64,000 bases of DNA, from positions 96,001 to 160,000 of the forward strand of contig LDXK01000001.1 of assembly GCA_001443395.1 (NCBI GenBank), read 5' to 3'. Position numbers and translations under genes: made by a program. This document shows, piece by piece, positions 19,732 to 29,946 of the stretch. Below the pieces are notes generated by a model that saw only the letters and a list, made by a program, of their open reading frames with translations, was not told the DNA's origin and did no database searches. Origin of the DNA: a candidate division WWE3 bacterium CSP1-7 (lineage in GTDB: Bacteria > Patescibacteriota > WWE3 > 9FT-COMBO-53-11). Within the stretch, counting starts at the first letter, position 1. The number at the start of each line of letters is the position of its first letter.

Positions 19732-20715
19732 GTGGATTCTCCCCGAAATATTCTGCGTACTATCAAAGCGGCCAAATACATCCTGGTCCCGCTCCACCTT
19801 AGACCGGACGGTGATTCCGTTGGCTCGGTCCTGGGCTGTTACCACTTTCTCCGAGGGCTTGGGAAAAAAGTGGTGCTGGTGAGCGCCGATCCAATTCCGG
19901 AGTCTTTTGAATTTCTCACCGGCGTGAAGCGCGTTCGCATCGGCGACCCGGCCAAACTCGACCTTTCGCGCTTTGACCTTCTTCTTTTCCTCGACCACGC
20001 CGAGACGGGAAGACTAAGCCGCAGCGAGACTTTTTCGCTGCCGTCCCGAATGGTCGTGGTCAATATTGACCATCACGTTACCAACGCCAATTTCGGAGAT
20101 CTCAATTATGTCGATCCCGCTTCGCCCTCCACCGCCGAGATCCTCTTTGATCTTCTTCGCCGTTGGAAAGCCCGGATCACCCCCACAATCGCCGATTGCC
20201 TGCTCACCGGAATCTATACCGATACCGGCGGCTTCCTCTACTCTTCCACGATCCCCTCCACCTTCACCAAGACCTCCCAACTCCTTCGTCTCGGGGCCGA
20301 TCGGGAAAAGGTGGTCGAAAATTCTTTCCGAAGTTGGCCACCCAAAACACTGGCAATTTGGTCTCTGATCCTGGCCAACTCCCGCCGGAGCGGTAGGCTG
20401 CTCTATTCCTATCTCCCCCTTAAGGAAATCCAAAGATTGAAAATCAAGCTTGATGAGCTCTCCCCTGCTCGAAGCTTCGCCACCAACAATCTTCTCTTGG
20501 CCATGAAAGGGATAAAGGCTGCGGCAATGTTCACCGAGGAAGGCCACCGTCTGATCAGGGTATCACTTCGCTCAAAGGCCGGATTTAATGTCGCCAATAT
20601 TGCTAAAGACATGGGTGGGGGCGGGCACGTAAATGCCGCGGCCTTCGACCATCAAGGGTCACTCAAAGAAACAATCTCCAAAACGGTTAAACTATTGCAG
20701 AGAGTATTGGCATAG
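19732..20715 (+). CDS. nrnA: DHH/DHHA1 phosphoesterase (NrnA-like)
   Basis: HxxPDGD, IDHH, TDTG, GGGGH..AA. Confidence 0.9.
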   Translation: MDSPRNILRTIKAAKYILVPLHLRPDGDSVGSVLGCYHFLRGLGKKVVLVSADPIPESFEFLTGVKRVRIGDPAKLDLSRFDLLLFLDHAETGRLSRSETFSLPSRMVVVNIDHHVTNANFGDLNYVDPASPSTAEILFDLLRRWKARITPTIADCLLTGIYTDTGGFLYSSTIPSTFTKTSQLLRLGADREKVVENSFRSWPPKTLAIWSLILANSRRSGRLLYSYLPLKEIQRLKIKLDELSPARSFATNNLLLAMKGIKAAAMFTEEGHRLIRVSLRSKAGFNVANIAKDMGGGGHVNAAAFDHQGSLKETISKTVKLLQRVLA

Positions 20716-20718
20716 ATC

Positions 20719-21591
20719 ATGAAAACTCGCGAAAAATTCTCGCCGTATTCCCTTCATCTCTATGACGCCGAGTGCGCCAAACAGTACTACTTTGAGTATC
20801 TCGACGCCTACACCAGTGATTTCCGCAACAAGCCCAAACTAAAGCAGATTCTCGTCGCAGACGGAAGAAGCAAGGACCTCGTTTTTGGAGATGTGATCCA
20901 CCGGACACTTAATGATTTCTTCCATCTCAATCCGGGAGAAAGAACCGAACCGCGCTTGCTCGAAATCCTCAAAGAAACTTGGGCTGGTCCGCGCGGAAAA
21001 GAACGCGGTTTTCCGGGCATCGAGGACGAGAGAAAACACTACGAACGAGCGCTTAAACTGCTCAAAATCTTCGTCAAGACCCAGAATCTTAATCCCGAAA
21101 TTGCCTATCTCCCCCAAACCGAAGCGGAGGGAGAATTTGTTAAAGAAAATCTGCTGATGTTCCCTTTTGAGCCCGGAATGATTCTGCAAGGAAAGGTTGA
21201 CCGAATTGACCGGGAAGAAGAGGGCTATCATCTGATTGACTACAAGACGAGCCGCAGTGAGACCCACGATAATCTCCAATTGTTTGCCTATGCGATTCTT
21301 TCTCGGCAAGCATTGGGAAAACCGATCCAGAAAGCCAGTTATTTCTATCTTGAGACCGGAAACTTCCGGACTTTTCCCGTGACGGAAAAAACCGAAGAGG
21401 AGACCCGGCAACGGATCCTCGAGATGATTACCCGCATCAAGGCCGATGAGGAGTTCTCCCCCCGGCCTGGCAAACGCTGCTATTGGTGCCCTTACGTGGA
21501 GTTCTGTCCCGCTAAGAACAAAGCCGGCGAATACATCGCGGAACTTCGCCAGAGCAAAGGCGAAACCGAAACCGTCGATCTGCCGTTCTAA
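20719..21591 (+). CDS. RecB/Cas4-like PD-(D/E)xK nuclease
   Basis: GKVDRID..IDYKT, QLxxY, N-terminal Cys plus CxxCx5C. Confidence 0.88.
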   Translation: MKTREKFSPYSLHLYDAECAKQYYFEYLDAYTSDFRNKPKLKQILVADGRSKDLVFGDVIHRTLNDFFHLNPGERTEPRLLEILKETWAGPRGKERGFPGIEDERKHYERALKLLKIFVKTQNLNPEIAYLPQTEAEGEFVKENLLMFPFEPGMILQGKVDRIDREEEGYHLIDYKTSRSETHDNLQLFAYAILSRQALGKPIQKASYFYLETGNFRTFPVTEKTEEETRQRILEMITRIKADEEFSPRPGKRCYWCPYVEFCPAKNKAGEYIAELRQSKGETETVDLPF

Positions 21592-21626
21592 TTTGCTATT
21601 CTTCTAATCAGAGGGGGTGAGTTAAT

Positions 21627-21875
21627 TTGGAAGAAAAAATCGGTGAAATAACCCACTATTTTGGACACATCCCAGCCGGGATTATCAAACTGACCGGCAC
21701 CCTCAAGAAAGGCGCCAAGATCCATCTCAAAGGGGCAACCACGGACTTCACCCAAGAAGTTACCTCGATGCAGATCGATCACAAAGACATAGAGGAAGCC
21801 AAGAAGGGTAAAGAGATCGGGATCGAGATTAACCAGAAAGTCCGCGATGGGGACGAAGTGTTCCTCGTAACCTAA
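21627..21875 (+). CDS. Small translation-factor beta-barrel-like protein
   Basis: IGEITHYF..., SMQIDH..IEEA..G.EIGI...KVR.GD.V; GAGGGGGTG RBS. Confidence 0.75.
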   Translation: MEEKIGEITHYFGHIPAGIIKLTGTLKKGAKIHLKGATTDFTQEVTSMQIDHKDIEEAKKGKEIGIEINQKVRDGDEVFLVT

Positions 21876-21891
21876 GCAAAACCCGCTAGTT

Positions 21892-23289
21892 CTACTCTTC
21901 AGTTATCAAAGTAATCGTAATTCTATTTGTGGTTTTCGGAACCCGTTGCAAACTTTCCGGCAGGTTCGGCCAAAGGACCAGCTCATAGGCGTTGACATCA
22001 CTCAGGGAATTCAGATATTCCTGGGCCGAGCGCCCATTCCTCCCCGCCAAATCATTTTTGATCTTCTCTTCATCAATCTCCGGAATCACCTTGGCAGAAA
22101 CCTTCGCTTTGAAAGTTAGCTTGCCGCCTTTCAAGACCGGGTTCAACGGTACGATCTCGGTCTCCCCCGGAAACAGGGTGAAGCCGGCCGGGACCAAACT
22201 GGAAAGAGTCTGGGAAATCAGCTCTTGGATGTCCGCTCCCTTGTAGGTAACCGTGGTGAGTTTTATTTTCAGGGTCAAGGAAATGTTTTCCGCCTGTTCC
22301 CCGACCGTGTGGGAATAGGTCTTTTCGACTACTTCGATCTTGATCGCCTTATCCACCACCACTTCGTCCACTCCGCTTTGGCCTTGGATCGTCTCTTTGG
22401 CATTAGCGACTAATTCTTTCTGAAGATCCGTCAGTAGTTTGGATTGATCGGCGGCGGTGGCGATGGTGACCTCCTCGGAAGTTCCGCCGGTGAAAGCGGC
22501 GGTGTTTGTCCCTGAAATTGATACACCGCCAACACTACAGCCAGACACTACTGTGAAGTCTTTTCCAGCCGAAAGATTATAACTTGAGCCAATTTTCTCT
22601 GCGGTAACGCTAGCATCCTTACTTCCCGGCGAGTCAAAACTTAAAGCAGCATCAGTGAAGAAAAATAGGCCGCTTGAAACTTCCTTAATTTTAGTTCCCT
22701 GTGAACAGTTCTGAATTTGAGCACTCGTAAAAGTCACAGTTCCTTTCGCTTTATCCCCCACGATCGCCGTTCCGGTCGCCGGGGTGGATTTGTTCCCACT
22801 CTCCTCCACCACCTGGGAAGTTCCCGGGACCGTCCCGGTGGCTGCATCCACCTTTTCCGCATCGGCATCCACCACCACGGGAATTTCCTTAACCAAAGGG
22901 ATCGGGGAAAGGGTCAGAATCACCTCCGCCTTGGGAATGTAGTAGAGGGCGCCAAAGACAGCCGCTCCCAAAACCGCCAAAATCCCCAGCGCCAGCGCGA
23001 AAATCATTATGATTTTCCGGACCCGGCCAGCCGGTGGCTGTTTTTTCGCGGCCGCTTTTTCCTCCCTTTCAACTTTCGGCAAATCCACCCCATTCTCTAA
23101 AGAACCGATCAGCCTCTTACTCCGAGGGCCAGTCGCCACGAAATGGATCGTTTTGTTCTCCCGCCGGCCTTTATCGCGCAGGATTCTGAGCATCAAAAGA
23201 TTAAAATTGTCCTCTGGAATATCAATCGTCACCTCTCCGTTCTCCGCCCCCAGAATTTTTTCCATCAAGCCAAAAAGATGGACGTCCAT
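21892..23289 (-). CDS. Membrane-anchored baseplate J/gp47-like protein
   Basis: Single TM, ATG...G.KA.G.V, FTGGTS, LWP..P...P C-terminus. Confidence 0.7.
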   Translation of the reverse strand: MDVHLFGLMEKILGAENGEVTIDIPEDNFNLLMLRILRDKGRRENKTIHFVATGPRSKRLIGSLENGVDLPKVEREEKAAAKKQPPAGRVRKIIMIFALALGILAVLGAAVFGALYYIPKAEVILTLSPIPLVKEIPVVVDADAEKVDAATGTVPGTSQVVEESGNKSTPATGTAIVGDKAKGTVTFTSAQIQNCSQGTKIKEVSSGLFFFTDAALSFDSPGSKDASVTAEKIGSSYNLSAGKDFTVVSGCSVGGVSISGTNTAAFTGGTSEEVTIATAADQSKLLTDLQKELVANAKETIQGQSGVDEVVVDKAIKIEVVEKTYSHTVGEQAENISLTLKIKLTTVTYKGADIQELISQTLSSLVPAGFTLFPGETEIVPLNPVLKGGKLTFKAKVSAKVIPEIDEEKIKNDLAGRNGRSAQEYLNSLSDVNAYELVLWPNLPESLQRVPKTTNRITITLITEE

Positions 23290-24335
23290 TATTGTCCCTC
23301 TTCCTCCTCAAAATCGCTCCCTGTCTCGGAATCCTTCGCCCCCGGCTCCGGCCCGTCGGCCTCTTTGCGCAAGCGCAGGGCCACCTGTCCGAGAGAGGTG
23401 GAGAGGCGTTCCTCTTCAAAGGGAACCAGTTCCGGAGCGATTTCGAAGTGGTGGTCGCGCGACCAAGGATAGGAAGCGACCACTTCCGAGAGACCGGGGA
23501 AAACCGCCGCTCCTCCCGTCAGGTAAATTTTGGGAGGAAAGGTCTCAACTCCCTCAAAGGCGGAGAGAGTCGAGGAGAGGGCTTCCAACCAGAGGTCCAG
23601 AAAAGCCACCGGATTGCCGTTCTCTTTAAAATCCCACCAAAAACTCCTGGTTTCCATCAGCTCTCCGCCAAAGGCAAGGCTGATCTCGGTTTTGGATCCG
23701 CCCACATCAAAAACCAGAGCATTCAATTCCTCTTTTTCATCCGAAGATGAGAGGGTATGGGAGAGTTCAGTCACCAGATTGAAGGAAAGAGAGCTAAACC
23801 CCCAGAGCTTCAACCCTGATGGTTTCACCAGCTGGGATAGTTCCATCAAGTAGGGTTCGGATGCAAATGAGGTGAACAGAAAAACTTCCATTTTGTCGGC
23901 TTCTTTAACTTCCAGAATTTCGGCCTCGACCTCGGAAATTTTCAACCGCGGTTCTCCCAAACCGATGCGAATATCAACCTCGGCGGAACGCTGCGCTTCT
24001 TGCCGGGCGTGAGAAACCAAATCAGGTACATCTCGACTGGTGCTGCTCCGAACCACTGTGGTGAAAGCCAGGGTGTGAGGACCGGAGATTCCCACCACCG
24101 CCAGGGGCTCGGCCTCGGGAAAATCGTGACGAAGCTGGCCAACCGCTTCCTTGAGATTAAAAACATCATCCCCCAAAACGCCGACCCGGGAGATTTTGCG
24201 GGAGCCGAGAGCGACCACATTCCCATCCGTTCGATCGAGCACAAATGCCTTCAAATTTTTTCCGCCCAAATCCAAGGCAAAGAACTGATCGGGAAATTCC
24301 TCTTTTTTTCCGAAAGGTAAACTAATTTTTAGCAT
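23289..24335 (-). CDS. FtsA/PilM-like actin-fold ATPase (divergent)
   Basis: ALDLGG..., VFDVGGSKT, IYLTGGAA. Confidence 0.7.
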   Translation of the reverse strand: MLKISLPFGKKEEFPDQFFALDLGGKNLKAFVLDRTDGNVVALGSRKISRVGVLGDDVFNLKEAVGQLRHDFPEAEPLAVVGISGPHTLAFTTVVRSSTSRDVPDLVSHARQEAQRSAEVDIRIGLGEPRLKISEVEAEILEVKEADKMEVFLFTSFASEPYLMELSQLVKPSGLKLWGFSSLSFNLVTELSHTLSSSDEKEELNALVFDVGGSKTEISLAFGGELMETRSFWWDFKENGNPVAFLDLWLEALSSTLSAFEGVETFPPKIYLTGGAAVFPGLSEVVASYPWSRDHHFEIAPELVPFEEERLSTSLGQVALRLRKEADGPEPGAKDSETGSDFEEEEGQ

Positions 24336-26076
24336 TTTGGATAGGAAACACCCGCCCGTAGATCCGGCGGATCCCACTACCGGCCGATTCCTCCTTGATT
24401 ATCTCAAAACGGCCGAGTTGACTGGTCTTTGTTACGTGCGGCCCCCCGCAGAGTTCCTTGGAAAAAGAACTCTTGGGATCGTCACCGACGTGATAAAGAG
24501 AAATTTCTTTGACTCGGGCGTATTTCTCGGAAAATTCCGCCTCGGCGCCGAGCTTTTTGGCCTCCTCAAAAGTGGTAATTACTCTTTTCACCGGGAGATT
24601 TTCTTTTATCTTCTCATTCACCAAATCACCCACCTTCTCGATTTCGGCAGCGGTGAGTTTGCGATCGAAGGTGAAATCGTGCCGAAACTTGTCAACCTCC
24701 AAGTGCTGACCGGCTTGGTGCACCTGTGGTCCCAAAACGGTTCGCAGAGCGGCGTTGAGAAGATGGGCCGCGGTGTGTTGGGGAGCAATCAACTCGTCCT
24801 CTCCTTCCCGCTTTTTCGCAGCCGCCCGGGCTCGCTTCCGCTGCTCTTCAAGATTTTTTTCAAACTCTCTCACGTCCACCTCCCAGCCCTTGGGTTTCGC
24901 CAACTCCTGGGTTAGCTCCAACGGAAAACCATAGGTGTCATAGAGAACGAAGGCGTTGACGTTCTTGCCCATTTTTTCCATCACGCGAAGCCCCTGAGCC
25001 AACGAACGTGAGAACTTCTGTTCCTCTTCTTCAACTACCACCTGAATCTCCTTCTCGCGCGCCGCCAGTTCGGGATAGGTATCGCCGTACATTTCAATCA
25101 CCTTGCGGGTTGGTTCCAGCAAAAAGTATCCCTCGATTCCCAGAAGCCGGCCGTGCAATATTGCGCGACGCAATATTCGCCGCAGGACATAGCCTCGGCC
25201 CACGTTCAGCGGCGTCACCCCGTCCCCTACCATAAATACGGCGCCGCGGAGGTGGTCGGCGATGATCCGCAGCGATCGCAGCTGAGCGGGCTTCAGATCG
25301 TTTTTGCGCTCCACGAGATGCGCCAGCTGGTGGAGCAGATCCAGCAACGGCGCAAAAAGATCGGTTTCAAAAACGTTGTCTTTCTTCTGCAGAATCGAAA
25401 CGAGGCGATCCAACCCCATTCCGGTATCGATGTTCTGGGATTTTAGTTTGGAAAATTTTCCAGCATCATCTTTGAGATACTCCATAAAGACCAGATTCCA
25501 GAGCTCAATTTCCTTTCCATCGTCTAAGACGTAATAGATCTCCGAACAGGGACCGCAAGGTCCAACCTTTCCTCCGGGAGGACCCCAAAAATTGTCCTCT
25601 TTCCCCTGTTCGCGAATTTCGATTCCCGGAACCTCCTTTTGCCATATTTTGATCGCCTCCTCGTCGCGAGGAATCCCCGGCTCTCCAGCAAAAACAGAAA
25701 CAAACATCCGCTTCGGGTCCAGCTTCAATTCTTGAATCATAAAATTCCAAGCCAAAGGAATTGCTCCGTCCTTAAAGTAGTCCCCTATGGAAAAATTACC
25801 CAACATTTCAAAAAAAGTGAGGTGGCTTTCGTCCCCCACCTCCTCAACATCGGAGGTTCGAAAGCACTTCTGGACCGAGGCGAGACGGACATTGCCGAAT
25901 CTTTCTTGAGCGTCGGCTTCACCTATCATGTAGGGCTTGAACTGCTGCATCCCGGCGGTGGTCAAGAGAACAGAATCGTCAGTGGGCGGCGGAACTAGTG
26001 GAGAAGAAGGCACGACAGTATGGTCGTGGGAAACAAAATAATCGAGGAATTTTTGACGGATTTCTTGATGAGTCAT
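24322..26076 (-). CDS. alaS: Alanyl-tRNA synthetase lacking the C-Ala domain
   Basis: AGMQQFKPY, FFEMLGNFS, DTGMG, LYDTYGFP, HTAAH, ELCGGPH. Confidence 0.97.
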   Translation of the reverse strand: MTHQEIRQKFLDYFVSHDHTVVPSSPLVPPPTDDSVLLTTAGMQQFKPYMIGEADAQERFGNVRLASVQKCFRTSDVEEVGDESHLTFFEMLGNFSIGDYFKDGAIPLAWNFMIQELKLDPKRMFVSVFAGEPGIPRDEEAIKIWQKEVPGIEIREQGKEDNFWGPPGGKVGPCGPCSEIYYVLDDGKEIELWNLVFMEYLKDDAGKFSKLKSQNIDTGMGLDRLVSILQKKDNVFETDLFAPLLDLLHQLAHLVERKNDLKPAQLRSLRIIADHLRGAVFMVGDGVTPLNVGRGYVLRRILRRAILHGRLLGIEGYFLLEPTRKVIEMYGDTYPELAAREKEIQVVVEEEEQKFSRSLAQGLRVMEKMGKNVNAFVLYDTYGFPLELTQELAKPKGWEVDVREFEKNLEEQRKRARAAAKKREGEDELIAPQHTAAHLLNAALRTVLGPQVHQAGQHLEVDKFRHDFTFDRKLTAAEIEKVGDLVNEKIKENLPVKRVITTFEEAKKLGAEAEFSEKYARVKEISLYHVGDDPKSSFSKELCGGPHVTKTSQLGRFEIIKEESAGSGIRRIYGRVFPIQNAKN

Positions 26077-26119
26077 CACTAGAAGAGTATAGGATACCAA
26101 GCCGACAATTTGCTAACTG

Positions 26120-26180
26120 AAAATAAAAAGGGGCACCGATCTGCCTTGGTCCCTACCGACCAAGGCAGGTCGCTGCCTCC
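26120..26180 (-). terminator. Long terminator-like hairpin upstream of alaS
   Basis: CGATCTGCCTTGGTC/GACCAAGGCAGGTCG stem; minus strand continues CTTTTTATTTT. Confidence 0.65.
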
Positions 26181-26287
26181 AAAATCCTAGACCTCGGAGG
26201 TCTAGGACGACCTCTCCCAAACTCGCTTCTGCCGAAACGAGTTTAGGAGAGAGGTCAACTCAACCGGAGTTGGGTTGACCTCGATGA

Positions 26288-26920
26288 TCAGGCACGGTAG
26301 AGAAGAACAAGACCCTCCGCCACTGACATAGCGAAATCAGGTTGAAGCGATTGAGGTTCCCCGATCTTCTTACCGTTTTCCTTCCGCCGGGCCATGATCA
26401 GTCGGCCGTCCGGAAAGAAGAGAGGTACGCGCGCCTCGAGATTGATGCTCAAGGACTTCTGCCCAGGAACCTCAACTCCATCCAGGTAGAACGGGTTGAG
26501 GAACGCCCGGACGCGCCAGAAGGCGGTGCGGAGCATTTCCTGAAGCTCGGCGCGAATTGCATCCTTCACCTGCATGAACTCCGCCGAAGGCATCGCGAAC
26601 TCCCGCCGGGCGAAGAGGAACCGGACCATGTAGTAGGTCTGATTGAGCCGATCCCCGTCCACCCGCTCTTGGTAGAACGCATCCACCAGCTCGAACCCGT
26701 TCCCTTCGAAATCACCGACAAGGTGCCCGAGGAAAACGTTCTCGGTCGGTTCGATCACTCGTTCCCCGGTCGCCTGCAGCTTGCGGGCGACGTACTCGAA
26801 GGCGGTTTCTCGCTTCCGCCGCTTGATTCCCGAGGGAATAACTTCGGGATTGGAGAAGCTGAACTGAACCACAATCATTCGAACGTTTTGCAGCGGGACC
26901 ATCGGAACCTCCCGAAGCAT
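26288..26920 (-). CDS. Hypothetical protein
   Basis: 210-aa ORF with protein-like composition; no motif recognised. Confidence 0.65.
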   Translation of the reverse strand: MLREVPMVPLQNVRMIVVQFSFSNPEVIPSGIKRRKRETAFEYVARKLQATGERVIEPTENVFLGHLVGDFEGNGFELVDAFYQERVDGDRLNQTYYMVRFLFARREFAMPSAEFMQVKDAIRAELQEMLRTAFWRVRAFLNPFYLDGVEVPGQKSLSINLEARVPLFFPDGRLIMARRKENGKKIGEPQSLQPDFAMSVAEGLVLLYRA

Positions 26921-27620
26921 TCAAGGGCTTGGAAATTTAACCGGTTATCCGGACCCTTTCCTAAGCGCGCCAATCTCTTGGCGGGCTTGGGAAAACTGCG
27001 CTTTTAGATAACCCGGAAGCGCATAACCGGGAGAAGTGGATCACCTCCCTTCAGAACTTTCTTTCCGGTCTCCGATTGCCGTAGGCGAAGATCGAACCGA
27101 TCCACCAGAAAAGAAATTGAAGCAACACGTCTCTGCTCCTTTCCGAAGGTTTCGAACCCACTCGTGGTGAGCGGAGTCGAATCCAGCAGTCCGCCTAAGG
27201 TGGACTCTTGGATTCGGCCGATGAGAAGAGTGATGCTCCTCATCGGCCGCGGGCTGTTTCACGGTTGGCGGGAAGCGCAACTTAGTGAAACTCGCCCGGT
27301 GGGAAACTAACGTGATTCCCGTGACGGTAATCTCTCCTGATTCCTGAGAACCGCCCACGAAAATGGCAGGATGGTCCAACTCTCCTTTCTTAAAAAGAGG
27401 AAAGCAGGTGTCCCTCACCTTCTCGTGAACGAATCTCAAGAAACAAAAACCGGGCCTAAAGCCCGGGATATGTTCATCCGCAACTTTAGGTAGGTAAAGT
27501 CAGCTAATCGGATAGGTTTTTAACTTAACTTAATAGTAACAGCCGGATGTCCTCTTGTCAAGAACTATGGGTTTTACAACCCGGGAAGTTAACTCTGTAT
27601 TCAAAATAGCTATAATCATC

Positions 27621-27660
27621 TTGAAATGGACGCTCTGATGAAACAGAGCTAGCATTTTAA
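27621..27660 (-). repeat. REP-like hairpin copy 4
   Basis: Plus strand TGGACG-CTCTG-ATGAAA-CAGAG-CTAGCA, between TATAAT (27611) and the ftsK ATG. Confidence 0.8.
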
Positions 27661-27670
27661 AAGAAATAAA

Positions 27671-29782
27671 ATGTCTACCAGATATCGCCGGCGCGCAATG
27701 AGAATCAATCTCAAGGATGAGAGCTTCCAATCCACTATCGGGATAATCCTAGTGGTCTTTTCAATCCTGGCAGTCCTCTCATTCTTTGGCCAAGCCGCCG
27801 GATTTGGTTCTTTTCTCCAGGACTACCTCAACCGGATATTCGGCTGGGGCGCTTTCATGTTCCCCATCGTGACAGGACTCCTAGGTTTGGTCCTGCTTCG
27901 CCTCAGAGTCAAAATCCCCTTTGTCGAAATTCGGATCTTCTACGGATTGGTGATCCTCTATATCTCTCTATTGGGATTGTTCCACTTCTTCTTCTCAACG
28001 GAGGTATCGCAATACCAAGCCAGTATTGGACAGGGAGGAGGCCTAACCGGTTACTATGTCCAGCTGATCCTCCGCCGCATCTTCTCGACGATCGGCGCCT
28101 TCCTTGTTCTCTCGGCCGGGGGCACCGTCGGAATCCTGGTAACGCTGAACATCTCCTTCGACGAAGCCCTATTCTATCTCGCCAAAGTCGCCCAGAAGAT
28201 TGGTCGATTGATCCAGGAAAATATCTGGCGCGGGAAAGATTTCAAGGAGCCGTTGCGGCCTTCGGTGAATAGGGAAGCATCCGAGACCAAACCCGAGGCC
28301 TCCTCGGAGGGGGAAGAAATTGAGATCGCCACCCCCTACTCCGCCCCAACCACCCAGATCACGACTCCGCGCCGCAAACTGACCTGGGAATACCCGTCGC
28401 TGGACCTGCTCAATGATCCTTCCGAAACTGCGGCCGAACGGGGTGATATCGAAAAGAACGCCCAACTGATTGAACAGACTCTGGAATCATTTGGAGTAAA
28501 AGCCCGGGTCGCTGATATCAATCTCGGCCCGACCGTTACCCAGTATGCTTTGGAGGCCGAGCGCGGCACTAAACTCTCCGCTATCACCAACCTCTCCTCC
28601 GATCTGGCTCTCGCGCTTGCTTCCAAAACCGGAACGGTCCGAATTGAGGCCCCAATTCCCGGAAAATCTCAAGTGGGGGTGGAGGTTCCCAACCTCAAAC
28701 CGCAGCTGGTCACGTTGAAAGAAATTATCACCTCGGACCAATTAGGAGAGGGGGCCCACAAACTAGCGGTTGGGTTGGGACGGGACGTTTCGGGAGCATC
28801 AATCGTTGATGATCTTGATCGAATGCCACACATTCTGATTGCGGGAGCGACCGGATCCGGTAAATCCATCATGCTTCGCACGATCCTGGCGACGATTCTT
28901 TTCCGAGCTTCCCCGGAAGAAGTTCGCCTGATCCTGGTCGACCCCAAGCGGGTAGAATTTTCCCATTACAACGGAATTCCCCACCTTCTCATGCCGGTGA
29001 TTGTCGAACCCGAAAAAACTCTCCCGGCCCTGAAGTGGGCGATGGCGGAGATGAACAAACGCTACAAACTTTTCCAAGAATCGGGAGTTCGCGACATCGG
29101 TGATTACAACGAAAAGGCCGAGGAAAAAATGCCCTACGTTCTGATCGTGGTCGACGAACTCGCCGATATCATGGTCGTCGCTCCGGCCGAAGTGGAGAAA
29201 GCTATCACCCGCCTGGCCCAGATGGCCCGGGCCACAGGATTGCACTTGATTCTGGCAACCCAGCGTCCCTCCACCGACGTTCTCACCGGATTGATTAAAG
29301 CAAACATCCCCTGCCGCATCGCCTTCAATGTCACTTCCCAAATTGACTCGCGAGTAGTTCTCGACATGCCGGGAGCGGAAAAACTGCTTGGCAAAGGAGA
29401 CATGCTCTACCTTCCCCCCGATCGCTCCAAACCGATTCGAATCCAGAGTCCTTTTGTCTCAAACGAGGAGATGAACCGGCTCCTCGAGTTCCTCAAAAAT
29501 TCAGGATGGGCCCCCGACTATGTCGTGGAAGAGCAGGTGGAAGAGATGGAGCGACAGGTCGAAAGGATGGGAGAGCCGACCGATCCCCTCTTCGCTGAAG
29601 CGGTTGAAATTGTGATCCAATACGAGCGGGCCTCGGCTTCCCTCCTGCAGCGCCGCCTCTCGATCGGCTACGCCCGCGCGGCTCGGATTCTGGATGAGTT
29701 GGAAACGCGGGGAATCGTGGGGCCGGCGGAGGGCAGCAAACCCCGAGAGGTATTGCGGCGCAATACCGAGGAGATACTCTGA
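27671..29782 (+). CDS. ftsK: DNA translocase FtsK/SpoIIIE
   Basis: N-terminal TMs, GATGSGKS, VVDELAD, ATQRP, gamma domain LQRRLSIGYARAAR. Confidence 0.97.
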   Translation: MSTRYRRRAMRINLKDESFQSTIGIILVVFSILAVLSFFGQAAGFGSFLQDYLNRIFGWGAFMFPIVTGLLGLVLLRLRVKIPFVEIRIFYGLVILYISLLGLFHFFFSTEVSQYQASIGQGGGLTGYYVQLILRRIFSTIGAFLVLSAGGTVGILVTLNISFDEALFYLAKVAQKIGRLIQENIWRGKDFKEPLRPSVNREASETKPEASSEGEEIEIATPYSAPTTQITTPRRKLTWEYPSLDLLNDPSETAAERGDIEKNAQLIEQTLESFGVKARVADINLGPTVTQYALEAERGTKLSAITNLSSDLALALASKTGTVRIEAPIPGKSQVGVEVPNLKPQLVTLKEIITSDQLGEGAHKLAVGLGRDVSGASIVDDLDRMPHILIAGATGSGKSIMLRTILATILFRASPEEVRLILVDPKRVEFSHYNGIPHLLMPVIVEPEKTLPALKWAMAEMNKRYKLFQESGVRDIGDYNEKAEEKMPYVLIVVDELADIMVVAPAEVEKAITRLAQMARATGLHLILATQRPSTDVLTGLIKANIPCRIAFNVTSQIDSRVVLDMPGAEKLLGKGDMLYLPPDRSKPIRIQSPFVSNEEMNRLLEFLKNSGWAPDYVVEEQVEEMERQVERMGEPTDPLFAEAVEIVIQYERASASLLQRRLSIGYARAARILDELETRGIVGPAEGSKPREVLRRNTEEIL

Positions 29783-29946
29783 GGCAAAGACGTTACTGAA
29801 TTTATTGCCGTTGCTCTTTCGCTTTTGTTATTCTGAATCTAGACCACGTCTGCCCCGCGATCAAGGAGCGTAAAGCCGCATCCAATGTTTCGTCCGAGCT
29901 TCACTCGAGCGGAGCATAGTGCGCCTCGCCACGCTCGTGTTGCACT

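Noticed and set aside
20719-21591. Cas4 / CRISPR system
   Set aside because: No repeat-spacer array or other cas genes; treated as a solo RecB-family nuclease
26076-26288. T-box riboswitch for alaS
   Set aside because: No UGGNACC antiterminator bulge or specifier stem recognised
27004-27439. Two overlapping minus-strand ORFs (79 and 132 aa), possibly a frameshifted gene
   Set aside because: No recognisable motif or clear RBS; cannot choose a frame or support a pseudogene call
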